Below are positions 18,208 through 29,532 of a DNA stretch of 64,000 nucleotides, in pieces (the first letter of the stretch is position 1; each line of letters starts with the position of its first letter). Under the pieces are notes generated by a model. That model did not search any database and had not been told where the DNA came from. It saw only the letters and a list, made by a program, of their open reading frames with translations. The stretch comes from Alphaproteobacteria bacterium (GTDB lineage: Bacteria; Pseudomonadota; Alphaproteobacteria; MPNO01), in NCBI GenBank assembly GCA_965248835.1, contig CBDFLJ010000002.1, positions 1,888,001 to 1,952,000 on the forward strand. Direction: 5' to 3'. The position numbers were made by a program, and so were the translations under genes.

Positions 18208-19532
18208 CAGCGCAGCGCGATCAGATCCGCATCGTCGGTGAGCAGCAGCACCGTTCGGCCCGCCACCGCCGGGGCGATCCGAACCGGCCCCGGCACCTCG
18301 ATCAGACCCATGGGTTTGCCCGAGTACGGCGACACAGACCAGACCTCGCCCAGGCTGTTGCCGACCAGCAACCGGTCGCCGGCAAGCACTGGACCGGCCC
18401 ACTGGATTGGGCCGGACCTGTCCTCCTCGTCCTCGAACTGGGGCAGTGCCCGGACCCAGCGGACGCGGCCGTCGGCCCGCGACAGGCAGGCGAGGTCGCC
18501 GTCGTTTGAGATCAGGTAGAGAAACGCGCCAGCGACCCACGGCCCGAACGTGCCGCCGATCCCCCGTTCCCAGACCCGGCTGCCCGTCCTGAGATCGATT
18601 GCGACCGTCCGCCCGCCATTGCCGACGGCGAATACCAGGCCACGGTCGATCACCGGCAGCCCGCGGATATGGGCGAGCGAGGAGACCGGGTCGGATCGGC
18701 GCAGCGCGATCAGCGCCTCGGACCAGACAACGCGGCCGTTCGCCGCGCGCAGCGCGACGATCTCGCCGGAGCTGTAGGGCACCACGACGATCCCGTCGTC
18801 GACCGCCGGCGCCGCACCGCCGACGAGGCTGGCGGTCTCGGTCAGCCCCGAATGGGACCACAGCACATCGCCGCGCCGCGCATCGAGCGCGTAAAGCGCG
18901 TTCGCGACGGTTGACGCGAACACCTTCCCGCCGCGGGCAGTCGGTGCCGCGCGCAAGGGTCCGGGCAAGCGGCGGCGCCACAGCTCCTCACCGTTGGCCG
19001 CATCGAGCGCGATGACTTGGGCAAACCCGGTGGTGACGAACAGCATTCCGGCGTTCAGCGCGATGCCGCCGCCGAGGATCCCGCTGTCGTCGTCGTCGGG
19101 CTTGAGCTCGGAGCGCCAGATCATCGACCCGGTGTCCAGGTCATGGGCGCGAACATCGGCCGAAACGTCGATCGTGTAGACCCGTCCGCCGCCGACCACA
19201 GGCTGAGCCAGGAGCTGGCCTTCGTCGGAGGAGCCGTTGCCGACATCGGCGTGCCAAAGGCGTTCGAGCGGGCCATCGGCGGCCAGATGGTGCATCGCGT
19301 GGTTGGCGAGCCCGCCGGCCTGCGGCCAGTTGGCGTTGGCCACCGGGCGCGGCAGCCGGACCTCGATGTCGGCGATCCGCGGATCCGGCGCGATCGTTTC
19401 GCGCAGCGTCAGCACCGCCAGCCTTTCGCCGGGCAGCGGCGGCTCCTCGGCCTCGCCGAACCATTGCCCGCAGCCCAGCAGCGTCAGCGCCGGGGCGGCG
19501 AAAAGGACCGCACGGATCGCGGCCGGCCTCAT
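18207..19532 (-). CDS. PQQ-like beta-propeller lipoprotein (BamB-like)
   Basis: Lipobox LLGC and repeated A-x-D-x-x-x-G-x-x-x-W blades. Lies in yfgM-bamB-der order. Confidence 0.85.
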   Translation of the reverse strand: MRPAAIRAVLFAAPALTLLGCGQWFGEAEEPPLPGERLAVLTLRETIAPDPRIADIEVRLPRPVANANWPQAGGLANHAMHHLAADGPLERLWHADVGNGSSDEGQLLAQPVVGGGRVYTIDVSADVRAHDLDTGSMIWRSELKPDDDDSGILGGGIALNAGMLFVTTGFAQVIALDAANGEELWRRRLPGPLRAAPTARGGKVFASTVANALYALDARRGDVLWSHSGLTETASLVGGAAPAVDDGIVVVPYSSGEIVALRAANGRVVWSEALIALRRSDPVSSLAHIRGLPVIDRGLVFAVGNGGRTVAIDLRTGSRVWERGIGGTFGPWVAGAFLYLISNDGDLACLSRADGRVRWVRALPQFEDEEDRSGPIQWAGPVLAGDRLLVGNSLGEVWSVSPYSGKPMGLIEVPGPVRIAPAVAGRTVLLLTDDADLIALR

Positions 19533-20173
19533 GGCTCGGCCAGCGTGGCGAGCAGCTGCGTGGCGCGCGCGCGGATGTTGGTCGGCGCGTCGAGGTCATC
19601 GACGATCCGCCGGAAGTGGCCCCTCGCTTCGTCGAGCTTGCCCTGGCGCCTCGCGATCAGCCCGAGGATCTCGAGCGCGGTATGGCGCCAGGGGCCGCCG
19701 TCCTCGGCGAGCGGCGCGAGATCGTCAAGGATCTGCGCATCGGCGTCATCGGCCGCGTTGAGCGCGGCCAGGACCGTCGCCAGCTCGCGCATCGTCCGGT
19801 CGAGTCCCTTATCCTTCGACAGCGTCCGGAACGCCGCCGCCGCACCGTCCCGGTCGCCCGCGGAGATCTTCAAGGCCGCCTCGTGGAAGCGGGAAAGCGT
19901 GCCGTAGACCGTATCGTTCTGGCGCGCCAAGGCGGCGAACAGGGCGGCCGCGTCCTGCTGCTTGCCCTCTGCCAAAAGCGCTTTGGCGGTGGCGAACTTC
20001 GCGCCCGCCTCCAGGTTCTGGCCCTCCTGGTATTGCTGCCAACCGTTGTACCCCGCGACCGCGAGCACGATCGCCACGACGGCGCCGATGGCGTATTTCC
20101 CGTAGGCGCGCCAGACCTTCTCCGCCTTTTCCTGGCGAAGCTCTTCATCGATCTCGCGGAATATGTCGCCCAC
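19529..20173 (-). CDS. YfgM-like TPR membrane-anchored chaperone; GTG start inferred
   Basis: DIFREIDEELR, one TM segment, then a helical domain. Confidence 0.82.
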   Translation of the reverse strand: MGDIFREIDEELRQEKAEKVWRAYGKYAIGAVVAIVLAVAGYNGWQQYQEGQNLEAGAKFATAKALLAEGKQQDAAALFAALARQNDTVYGTLSRFHEAALKISAGDRDGAAAAFRTLSKDKGLDRTMRELATVLAALNAADDADAQILDDLAPLAEDGGPWRHTALEILGLIARRQGKLDEARGHFRRIVDDLDAPTNIRARATQLLATLAEP

Positions 20174-20387
20174 GCCGGGGTCTCCGTATCGCGCAGCCAA
20201 CCGCGCGGCCGCCAATCCAACGTCACGCGCACCGGACGCCGAGGGATTACATGCTTGCCGCGATCACCGCAAGTTCCCCTGCATCGGGGCTTCGATTTCC
20301 GGTGCGGGCTCTGGACGCGGTGCAACAAATCGGTAATAAAATGGGTGGTGCCAGCGTAAAACCCATGGGGCCCGTTAAAAGAGAAAA

Positions 20388-20720
20388 ATGGGGACCGTCG
20401 TCAACCTCAGCGCGCACCGGAGCGAACCCCGATCCGTCTTTTTCGATCGCAGCGACCTCAATCGGCTTCTGTCGCTGTACAGCCAGTATGTCGCCAAGGG
20501 CATCTGGAAGGACTATGCGATGAGCGCGAGCGAGGGAATGGCGACATTCTCGGTGTTCCGCCGCGCGAGCGACGGTCCGGTCTACACCGTGATCAAATAT
20601 GCAGCGGGCGACGAAGGGCAGAGTGAATACGTCGTCTGCCGCGGCGGCCGGCGGCTGAGGCGGGGGGCGACGCTGGGCTCCATCCTGGAGATGTTCGAGC
20701 CCAAGCTCAAGCTCGTGTAA
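20388..20720 (+). CDS. DUF2794 family protein
   Basis: FDRSDLNRLLSLYS...GIWKDYA...FSVFRRA pattern. Confidence 0.72.
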   Translation: MGTVVNLSAHRSEPRSVFFDRSDLNRLLSLYSQYVAKGIWKDYAMSASEGMATFSVFRRASDGPVYTVIKYAAGDEGQSEYVVCRGGRRLRRGATLGSILEMFEPKLKLV

Positions 20721-20742
20721 GCACCGGTCGGGCGCCTGAAGG

Positions 20743-21459
20743 CTATTCATCAATCAGGACGTGGCCGCCCGCGAGCCATTTGAAGTAGATCGCCGGCTCA
20801 TCGGGCGTGGCTTCGATCCAACCGGCCTCGAATCTCTCCTGGATGTGCCGCAGAATCCGTTTGGTGATCCCGGCGAGCTCGAGGCGGGCCGCCTCCTGCA
20901 GGGAGAACCAGTTCAGATCCAGGAGCTCGCCATTGCCACGGACCTCGCCGCTGACGTGGCGCGATTCGACGATGAAAAACCGGGCGTTGAACCGGACAGG
21001 GCGAATCGGCGGCGTCATCGCGCGGGCGACATATTCGAGGCTGCCCAGGGCGGGCGCCGAGCCGGTGCCGAAGAACGCCTCCCAACCGGCCGGTGGCTTG
21101 CGGTCCGGCTCGGGGTCAGGAGCACCGATGATCAGCCCGGTCTCCTCGAAGGTTTCGCGCACCGCCGCGACCGCCATCGCGCGGGCGCGCGCCGGGCTCA
21201 GCTTGCGTTGGAGCCGGGCGGCGGTGGCGCCGCCGAGCGGGCTCGCGGTCCGGACCCGGCTGTCCCGGGCATCGATCCGCCCGCCCGGGAAGACGTAACG
21301 GCTGGGCATGAACCGGTGGGCGGCATGGCGCTCGCCCATCAGGACCTCGATCCCGCCGCCCCGCGACCGGCGGTAGATGATCAGGGTCGCGGCATCGCGC
21401 GGCCGGGCCGTAGGCGCGCCGGGCTTGCGTACCGGCGGCGGCGGAGATGTCGGGCTCAT
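20743..21459 (-). CDS. NUDIX hydrolase (Nudt19-like)
   Basis: RPRDAATL, YVFPGG, AAVRETFEETG and RFNARFF. Confidence 0.85.
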   Translation of the reverse strand: MSPTSPPPPVRKPGAPTARPRDAATLIIYRRSRGGGIEVLMGERHAAHRFMPSRYVFPGGRIDARDSRVRTASPLGGATAARLQRKLSPARARAMAVAAVRETFEETGLIIGAPDPEPDRKPPAGWEAFFGTGSAPALGSLEYVARAMTPPIRPVRFNARFFIVESRHVSGEVRGNGELLDLNWFSLQEAARLELAGITKRILRHIQERFEAGWIEATPDEPAIYFKWLAGGHVLIDE

Positions 21460-22568
21460 GCGCCGGACTGCCGCTTGGGCGTATCCGGCATCAGCGCCGG
21501 CCGCAGCGGTGCGATCGGTGGCAGGGGGACCTGCTGCCAATCCTCGGTGCGGCGCAGCACCGCCTTGGACAGCGCCGCGATATTTCCCGCCCCGGCACAG
21601 AAAGCGGCAATCCGCAGCTCCTCGATCATCCGGCGCATGCGCTGAGCGACGGCCTCGACCGCTTGAGTCGCATCGCCGAGCACCGGTGCCGCGGTCCCGG
21701 CCAGCACGGCGCCGAGCCGGATCGCCTTGGCCACATCCACGCCGTTGCGGATGCCGCCGCTGGCAAACACCGGCTTGGTCGGAATGGCCGCCACGACGTC
21801 GATCAGCGCCGCGGCTGTAGGGATTCCCCAACCGGCAAAGGAATGTGCGATCTGGCGGACCTCCGGGTCGGGCTGGCGGTAGGCTTCGACCTCGCTCCAG
21901 CTCGTGCCGCCGGCACCGGCGACATCGATTCCGGCCATGCCGCACGCGACCAGCCTGGCGGCGAGCGCGCCGCTGATGCCGTTGCCGACCTCCTTGCCGA
22001 CCAGCGGCACCTCGAGCGCGGCGGCCAGCCGCTCGATGCGCCCCAGCAGTCCGGCCCAGTTCCGGTCACCGCCGGCCTGGACAGCCTCTTGCAGCGGGTT
22101 GAGATGAAGGATAAGCGCGTCGGCTTCGATCGTCTCGACCGCCCGCCGCGCCTGATCGATGCCGTAGCCATCGTTGAGCTGGACCGCACCGAAATTGGCG
22201 AACAGGAGAATGTCGGGGGCCAGGTCGCGGACCTTGAATGTCCGGGCCAGCTCGGGCCGCTCGATCATCGCCCGCTGGGAGCCGACGCCCATGGCGATGC
22301 CGAGCGCCTGAGCGGCCTCGGCGAGGCGGCGGTTGATGTCGCGCGCCCGGGGCGTCCCGCCGGTCATGCTGCTGATCAAGAGCGGCGCCCGCAGGGTCCT
22401 GCCGAACACCGTCACCGACAGGTCGATCGCGTCGAGGTCGAGGTCCGGCAGGGCGCAATGCTCAAAGAAAAACCGTTCGAAGCCGGTGGTGACGCCCTTC
22501 GCGGCGACATCCTCGTTCAGGACGGTCTGGATATGCTCCCGCTTGCGGCTCTCGCTATCCCCGCTCAT
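21456..22568 (-). CDS. fni: Type 2 isopentenyl-diphosphate delta-isomerase
   Basis: RKREHI, SSMTGG, GVGSQR, HLNPLQE, KEVGNG, GAGGTSW and SGGIR. Confidence 0.94.
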   Translation of the reverse strand: MSGDSESRKREHIQTVLNEDVAAKGVTTGFERFFFEHCALPDLDLDAIDLSVTVFGRTLRAPLLISSMTGGTPRARDINRRLAEAAQALGIAMGVGSQRAMIERPELARTFKVRDLAPDILLFANFGAVQLNDGYGIDQARRAVETIEADALILHLNPLQEAVQAGGDRNWAGLLGRIERLAAALEVPLVGKEVGNGISGALAARLVACGMAGIDVAGAGGTSWSEVEAYRQPDPEVRQIAHSFAGWGIPTAAALIDVVAAIPTKPVFASGGIRNGVDVAKAIRLGAVLAGTAAPVLGDATQAVEAVAQRMRRMIEELRIAAFCAGAGNIAALSKAVLRRTEDWQQVPLPPIAPLRPALMPDTPKRQSGA

Positions 22569-22747
22569 CGCCGCCCGTTGTCTTTGGTCTGCGCCCGCCG
22601 GTCGAGAAACCACCAGGCCGACACGCCGCCGAGCAACGCCAGGACGACGCCGAAGAGCGTCTCCAGCACCGGGTTGACGCCGACGATGGCGAAATAGACG
22701 ATGAAGATCGCCAGCCCTGCGATAACCCCGGCGGCCCTGGCCAACAT
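22565..22747 (-). CDS. Small two-TM hypothetical protein
   Basis: 60 aa with two hydrophobic helices and a basic tail. Its stop overlaps the fni ATG. Confidence 0.55.
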   Translation of the reverse strand: MLARAAGVIAGLAIFIVYFAIVGVNPVLETLFGVVLALLGGVSAWWFLDRRAQTKDNGRR

Positions 22748-22803
22748 TGCTGCGTCACTCTCGATGCGGCCCGGCAGCCGCGCGTCGAATCGTTCCGGGG
22801 CGC

Positions 22804-23613
22804 TCAGCCGGCGACCAGCCGCACCGTCTGCCGTTCCTCGGCCAGACCGCTCAGGTCGATCCGGTCGATCCCGCTCTGCGGGCTCATGTAACGCCCGGCA
22901 AATGAAAGTTCCAGGTCGTCTTCGGCAAACGGATAGGGCGCCATCGCGTAAGAGCCGTCGGCGCGCGGCGTGATCTCGATATCGACATCCTCGCCGGCGT
23001 TCTTGGGAACATGGGTGAAGGTCGTCGTCTTGCGGTGCTGCGCGTGGTTGCAGTTGAAATACAGCGCCATCGTGTCGAAAAGCTGGAGCTGCTTGTAATT
23101 CTGCATCACCTGGGCGTCATCGACCAGCGGCGCGGTCTCCTCCGCCTCGGCGAGAGCCTTTTTCAGGCGGTCCTGGCGCTCGAGCTCGCCGTCGAGCATC
23201 GCCTCGGCGACGCCGCGATTGTCCGCAGCGATCGTGTCCAGGAGGACATGGTCGGACATGCCGTAGCGGCCGTTATAGAGGCCCCAGCTATGCATGCTCG
23301 ACAGCAGGCCGCAATAGGAGTGGTGCTTGCTGTTGAAGGCGGGCGAAGCGGCGGAGGTCTTTATGATCTCCTCGAACGGGGTCTTGACAAGGTTGTAGGG
23401 CAAGCCGGTGGCCGGATCGATCCGCGCCTCGGCGTCAAGGTCGGCCCAGCCGGCGTCGTGGTGGTCGATGATGTAGAGAACGACATCGCGCGGCTCGACG
23501 GGCTCGAAGGACTCGTTGCCGAACTTGCGGGCGATGCGGCCGGCAAACGCCATATGGTCGGCCATCCTGATGACGAAACGCGGCTCGCTGTCGGGTGCGC
23601 TTTGAACGATCAT
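22804..23613 (-). CDS. DUF3891-like protein
   Basis: FVIRMADH, HHDAGW, TGLPYN and LLSSMH pattern. Confidence 0.6.
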   Translation of the reverse strand: MIVQSAPDSEPRFVIRMADHMAFAGRIARKFGNESFEPVEPRDVVLYIIDHHDAGWADLDAEARIDPATGLPYNLVKTPFEEIIKTSAASPAFNSKHHSYCGLLSSMHSWGLYNGRYGMSDHVLLDTIAADNRGVAEAMLDGELERQDRLKKALAEAEETAPLVDDAQVMQNYKQLQLFDTMALYFNCNHAQHRKTTTFTHVPKNAGEDVDIEITPRADGSYAMAPYPFAEDDLELSFAGRYMSPQSGIDRIDLSGLAEERQTVRLVAG

Positions 23614-23731
23614 TTTCGGGCCTCCGCTGTAGTCTGGACCCGGACTATAGCACGACGCCCGGCCGGGTCGTTATCCCCCGAACCGCCGCTGCGCTATCGA
23701 TCACGCGGCTCTCGTCATGCGCCCGGGGCGC

Positions 23732-25288
23732 CTATTCCCACTCGATCGTGCCGGGCGGCTTTGATGTGACGTCGTAGACGATCCGGTTGATCCCGGGCAC
23801 CTCGTTGACGATGCGGGTTGCGACCCGGGCGAGGAATTCGTGCTCGAAGGCAAAGCTGTCCGCGGTCATCCCATCGGTCGAGGTGACGGCGCGAAGGCCG
23901 CACACCCGGTCGTAGGTCCGCTCATCGCCCATCACACCCACCGTGCGGACCGGCAGCAGAACCGCGAACGCCTGCCAGATCCGATCGTACAGCCCGGCGC
24001 TGCGGATCTCCTCGATATAGATCGCATCGGCCCGCCTGAGAATCTCCAGCCCGTCGGCAGTGACTTCGCCGGGGATGCGGATCGCGAGTCCCGGCCCGGG
24101 GAACGGATGTCGCCCGATGAGCCGGTCGGGCAGCCCGAGCTCGCGGCCGAGCGCCCGGACTTCATCCTTGAACAGATCGCGCAGCGGCTCGACCAGCGAC
24201 ATGTCCATCCACTCGGGCAGACCGCCGACATTGTGATGGGACTTGATTACCGCGCTCGGCCCGCCGCTCACCGAGACCGATTCGATGACGTCGGGGTAGA
24301 GCGTGCCCTGGGCCAGGAATTCCGCCCCACCTTCCTTCGCCGCCTCGTCCTCGAAGATGTCGATGAAGGTGGCGCCGATGATCTTCCGTTTTTCCTCGGG
24401 ATCGGACACGCCGACCAGCTTTTCGAGGAACAGTTGGCTTTCCTCGCGTGCGCGCAGCGGGATGTTGTAGTGGTCGCGGAACATGCCCACGACCTCAGCC
24501 GCCTCACCTTGGCGCATCAGGCCGGTGTCGACGAAAACGCAGAACAGTTGATCGCCGATCGCCTCGTGCAGCAGCACCGCGGTCACCGCGCTGTCGACCC
24601 CGCCGGACAGGCCGCAGACGACCCGCCCGGACCCCACTTGCGCGCGCACGCGCTCGATCGCGGCATCGCGAAAGGCCGCCATGGTCCAACGCCCCGCACA
24701 GCCGGCGATCCCGTGGGTAAAGGCCTGGAGCAACGCCGCGCCGTCCGGCGTATGGACGACTTCGGGGTGGAACTGCACCCCGTAATAGCGTCTGTCCTCA
24801 TCGGCGATCACCGCAAACGGCGCACCGGCGCTGACAGCGACGGGAGTGAACCCCTCGGGCAGCGCGACCACGCGATCGCCGTGGCTCATCCACACCTGGG
24901 GATGATCGTCGACGCACCAGACGCCTTCGAACAGGCCGCACGGGGCAGTGACGTCGAGCGTCGAGCGGCCGAACTCGCGCTGCTCGCTCGCCTCGACCGT
25001 GCCGCCGAGCGCCTCGCACATCGCCTGCTGCCCGTAGCAGATACCGAGCACGGGCACGCCGAGCGCGAAGACGGCATCGGGCGCACGCGGCCCGCTCCGG
25101 CGGGTGATCGAATCGGGTCCGCCCGAGAGCACCACCGCAAAAGGAGCGAAGTCCCGGATCGCAGCCTCGGGCATGTGGAAAGGATGGATCTCGCAATAGA
25201 CCCCGCTCTCGCGGATCCGTCGCGCGATGAGCTGGGTCACCTGGGAGCCGAAATCCAGGATCAGGACCGGTTCGTCGCCGCGATCCAT
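23732..25288 (-). CDS. guaA: GMP synthase
   Basis: DFGSQ, GICYG, QFHPEV, SGGVDS and KPPGTIEWE. Confidence 0.97.
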   Translation of the reverse strand: MDRGDEPVLILDFGSQVTQLIARRIRESGVYCEIHPFHMPEAAIRDFAPFAVVLSGGPDSITRRSGPRAPDAVFALGVPVLGICYGQQAMCEALGGTVEASEQREFGRSTLDVTAPCGLFEGVWCVDDHPQVWMSHGDRVVALPEGFTPVAVSAGAPFAVIADEDRRYYGVQFHPEVVHTPDGAALLQAFTHGIAGCAGRWTMAAFRDAAIERVRAQVGSGRVVCGLSGGVDSAVTAVLLHEAIGDQLFCVFVDTGLMRQGEAAEVVGMFRDHYNIPLRAREESQLFLEKLVGVSDPEEKRKIIGATFIDIFEDEAAKEGGAEFLAQGTLYPDVIESVSVSGGPSAVIKSHHNVGGLPEWMDMSLVEPLRDLFKDEVRALGRELGLPDRLIGRHPFPGPGLAIRIPGEVTADGLEILRRADAIYIEEIRSAGLYDRIWQAFAVLLPVRTVGVMGDERTYDRVCGLRAVTSTDGMTADSFAFEHEFLARVATRIVNEVPGINRIVYDVTSKPPGTIEWE

Positions 25289-25302
25289 GGGCGCGCCGGC
25301 CC

Positions 25303-25863
25303 TCAGTCCTGCCGCGCCGCGAGAACCGTCGCCTGGGGCCAGCCATAGGCCAGCTCGACGATATCGGCGCCGCCGAGCGAACCGGGCCGGCGCCCGACGA
25401 GCCGCCCGTCCAACGATTCATAAAAGTATCTCGCCGGGTTGCCCTCGAGAACCCAGACGATCACCGACGGGCCGTAGCGCTCGGCGAGCCCGACCGCCAT
25501 GGTCGCGAACAGCCGCCGCCCGATTCCGTTGCCGCGGAAGTCGTCGTCGACATAGAGCGTATAGACCTCGCCGTCGTGGCCCAGGCTGCCCTGCCGTGCC
25601 ACACCGCCGCTGGTGAAGCCGACGATCTTGGCCGGCCGGCCACCGTCGACGGTCTCGGCAACGATCACGCGCTCCGCAGATCCGGGCCGGGCGATGAGCC
25701 GCGCCCAGTCCTGGCTGCGCCGCTCGCTGGCACGCATGCCGACCAGCAGGCCCTCGGGCAGCAGGCCGGGATAGGCGCTGCGCCATCCTTCGACGTAGAT
25801 CCCGGCGACGGCTTCGGCATCGCCGACGCGCGCGGCGCGGAGTCTCACCATCGCCGTCGCCAC
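25303..25863 (-). CDS. GNAT family N-acetyltransferase
   Basis: LYV...RGNGIGRRL and N-P-ARYFYE. Confidence 0.85.
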   Translation of the reverse strand: MATAMVRLRAARVGDAEAVAGIYVEGWRSAYPGLLPEGLLVGMRASERRSQDWARLIARPGSAERVIVAETVDGGRPAKIVGFTSGGVARQGSLGHDGEVYTLYVDDDFRGNGIGRRLFATMAVGLAERYGPSVIVWVLEGNPARYFYESLDGRLVGRRPGSLGGADIVELAYGWPQATVLAARQD

Positions 25864-27399
<1,536 letters not shown>

Positions 27400-28338
27400 T
27401 CAGGCACGATGGTCTGCGGCGCGGGCGTTGATCTGGGTGCGGTGCATGATGCGGCGCGAGTCCGGATCAAAGGCGTCGCGCCGATGGATGACGCAGCGAT
27501 TGTCCCACAGGACCAGATCGCCGACCCGCCAGCGATGGCGATAGACCAGCTCGCTCTGCGTGCACGCTGCCCATAAGGCGTCGAGCAGCGTCTCGCTTTC
27601 GGCCACCGGCAAACCGCAGACATAGCCGTTGGTGCGGCGTCCCAGATAGAGCGCGTCGCGCCCGGTCTCGGGATGGCGCAAGACCATCGGATGCCGCGCG
27701 CCTGGTGCCCGCGAAACATCGCTCACCAGCGCAGCGCCGACCCGGAGGTCGCCCGCGCTGGTATAGCTCGAATCGTGGTTTGCAAGACGCCCCTCGATAC
27801 GCTCGCGGAGCGACGCCGGCAGCTCGGCCAAAGCGCGGTACATGTCCGCGAACCAGGTATCGCCCTGACCCTCCGGTATCGCGAGCGCGTAGAGCGCGCT
27901 CGCGATCGGCGGGCGGTCGACATAGGACATGTCGGTGTGCCACTCCGCCTCGCCAGCGCCGAGGCTGCCGATCGGCCGGCCGTTCTCGACGACGTTGGAG
28001 ATCACCCAAATCTCCCGGTGGGCCGGCGCCGAGCTGCCGCCCTTGCCGTCCCATTCGCCGGCTGGGCTGATCTCGAGATCGCCGAATCGACGGCTGACCC
28101 GGACGAGGTCGTCGTCGGTGATCCGTTGATCCCGAAAGAACACGACACCATTGTCGTGCCAGGCGGCGCGGATCTGCGCATAGGCCGCATCGTCAAGAGG
28201 TCGACTGAGGTCGATGCCGCGGATCTCGGCACCCAGCGCGGCGCCGGTCGGAACGACTTCGACGGTCACGGCAGAGCGCGCCAACGGGCGAAGCCGGCGC
28301 ATTTTCCCGTCATGACCGTTCCTCCCCGCCGATTGCAA
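27400..28338 (-). CDS. TauD/TfdA Fe(II)/2-oxoglutarate dioxygenase; start uncertain
   Basis: LGAEIRGIDL, WHTD, WDNRCVIHRR and MHRT. Confidence 0.9.
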   Translation of the reverse strand: MQSAGRNGHDGKMRRLRPLARSAVTVEVVPTGAALGAEIRGIDLSRPLDDAAYAQIRAAWHDNGVVFFRDQRITDDDLVRVSRRFGDLEISPAGEWDGKGGSSAPAHREIWVISNVVENGRPIGSLGAGEAEWHTDMSYVDRPPIASALYALAIPEGQGDTWFADMYRALAELPASLRERIEGRLANHDSSYTSAGDLRVGAALVSDVSRAPGARHPMVLRHPETGRDALYLGRRTNGYVCGLPVAESETLLDALWAACTQSELVYRHRWRVGDLVLWDNRCVIHRRDAFDPDSRRIMHRTQINARAADHRA

Positions 28339-28430
28339 GGACGTGTGGACAAAACCCTACCCGCCGAGGTTTCGCGATGCAACACGTCCACGACCGGGCG
28401 TGCCGGCTGACCGAGCGTTCATGATGCGTT

Positions 28431-29036
28431 TAGAGCGTTCGACTTTTAGGTTGAAGCATATCCAGCGTTCCTGAGGTAGTTGGCGTTTTCCTGTGGGGAG
28501 AAGTCGTCCAGGCGTTCACCGATACGCTCGATCACGATCTCGACGCTGCGCTCGGCGGCCTTGCGAAGCTGGCCCTTGAGCTTGGTGAAGACCTGCTCGA
28601 TCGGGTTGAGGTCGGGGGGTATTTGGGCAGGAACAACAGGTGTGTACCGGCCTTGCGGATGGCCCGGCGTACCGCCACGCCCTTGTGGCTGCTGAGATTG
28701 TCCATGATCACGACATCGCCCTTGCCGAGCGCGGGCACCAGCGCCTGCTCGACATAGGCCTGAAAGCGCTCGGCATTGATCGCGCCGTCGAACACGCAGG
28801 GCGCTTCGATGCGGTCGTGGCGCAGCGCCGCAAGCAAAGTCATGGTGTTCCGGTGGCCCTGTGGCGCCTTGTCGAGGACCCTGTGACCGCGCGGGCCGCG
28901 GCCGTAGGCGCGGATCATGTTGGTCTTGGGCCAAGTCTCATCGATGAAGACGAGCCGGCGCGAGTCGATCCGGCTCTGGTACTTGCGCCATTGCGCGCGT
29001 CGGCGGACGACATCCGGCCGGTCCTGTTCGCTCGCG
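28431..29036 (-). mobile_element. IS630-family remnant: truncated, frameshifted transposase plus right end
   Basis: EQDRPDV...FIDET, MDNLSSHK, then LFLPKY / PDLNPIE split across frames near 28615. TAGAGCG terminus at 28431. The N-terminal HTH part is absent. Confidence 0.88.
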
Positions 29037-29059
29037 CGGGGGTGTCAGGTGCGGGCGGC

Positions 29060-29279
29060 CGCGTTCCACTTGTCCTTGCAACCGGCCGGCTCAGCGGTGG
29101 GCACGTTGCTCCAATCGGTATCCGCTGATCGGCCGCGGGACCAAGGACGGGCCGGGCTGCGCAAGGGCGGCAAGCTTTACCTGCACGCGAGTCGGATTGC
29201 GCTCGAAGACGCCCCGATCGACGACCTCGACCAGAGCGATCTGTGGCACGCGGAATGCGAAGGCATGTGCCGCGCCTGA
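29060..29279 (+). pseudogene. C-terminal fragment of a phage/ICE-type gene ending in ECEGMC
   Basis: LYLHASRIALEDAPID...LWHAECEGMCRA*. No plausible start; it abuts the IS630 break. Confidence 0.45.
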
Positions 29280-29532
29280 CCGAAACGGGCGGCTGCATGA
29301 TCGACGGACGGCCGATGGCCGGCGGGCAGGATGAATTCATGCTCGATCTCATCGGTGCGGCATGAATGCTCAAGAGCGATAGCCCTGCCCTATCAACAAT
29401 CGATCCTGATCAGATCCTTAAGGGATATGCTGCTCTTGTAATCGTTTCGGAAGCGCGACAAGCTGACCGCCTTCATCGGGTGTTCTCTAAGAGCCGGCGG
29501 GGCCTTACAGAGACCCTGCGGCGGAAAGAGGA

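Noticed and set aside
28380-28440. Possible att-site duplicate of the tRNA-Lys 3' end
   Set aside because: No copy of TGGTGCGCGCACC was seen at the left islet boundary.
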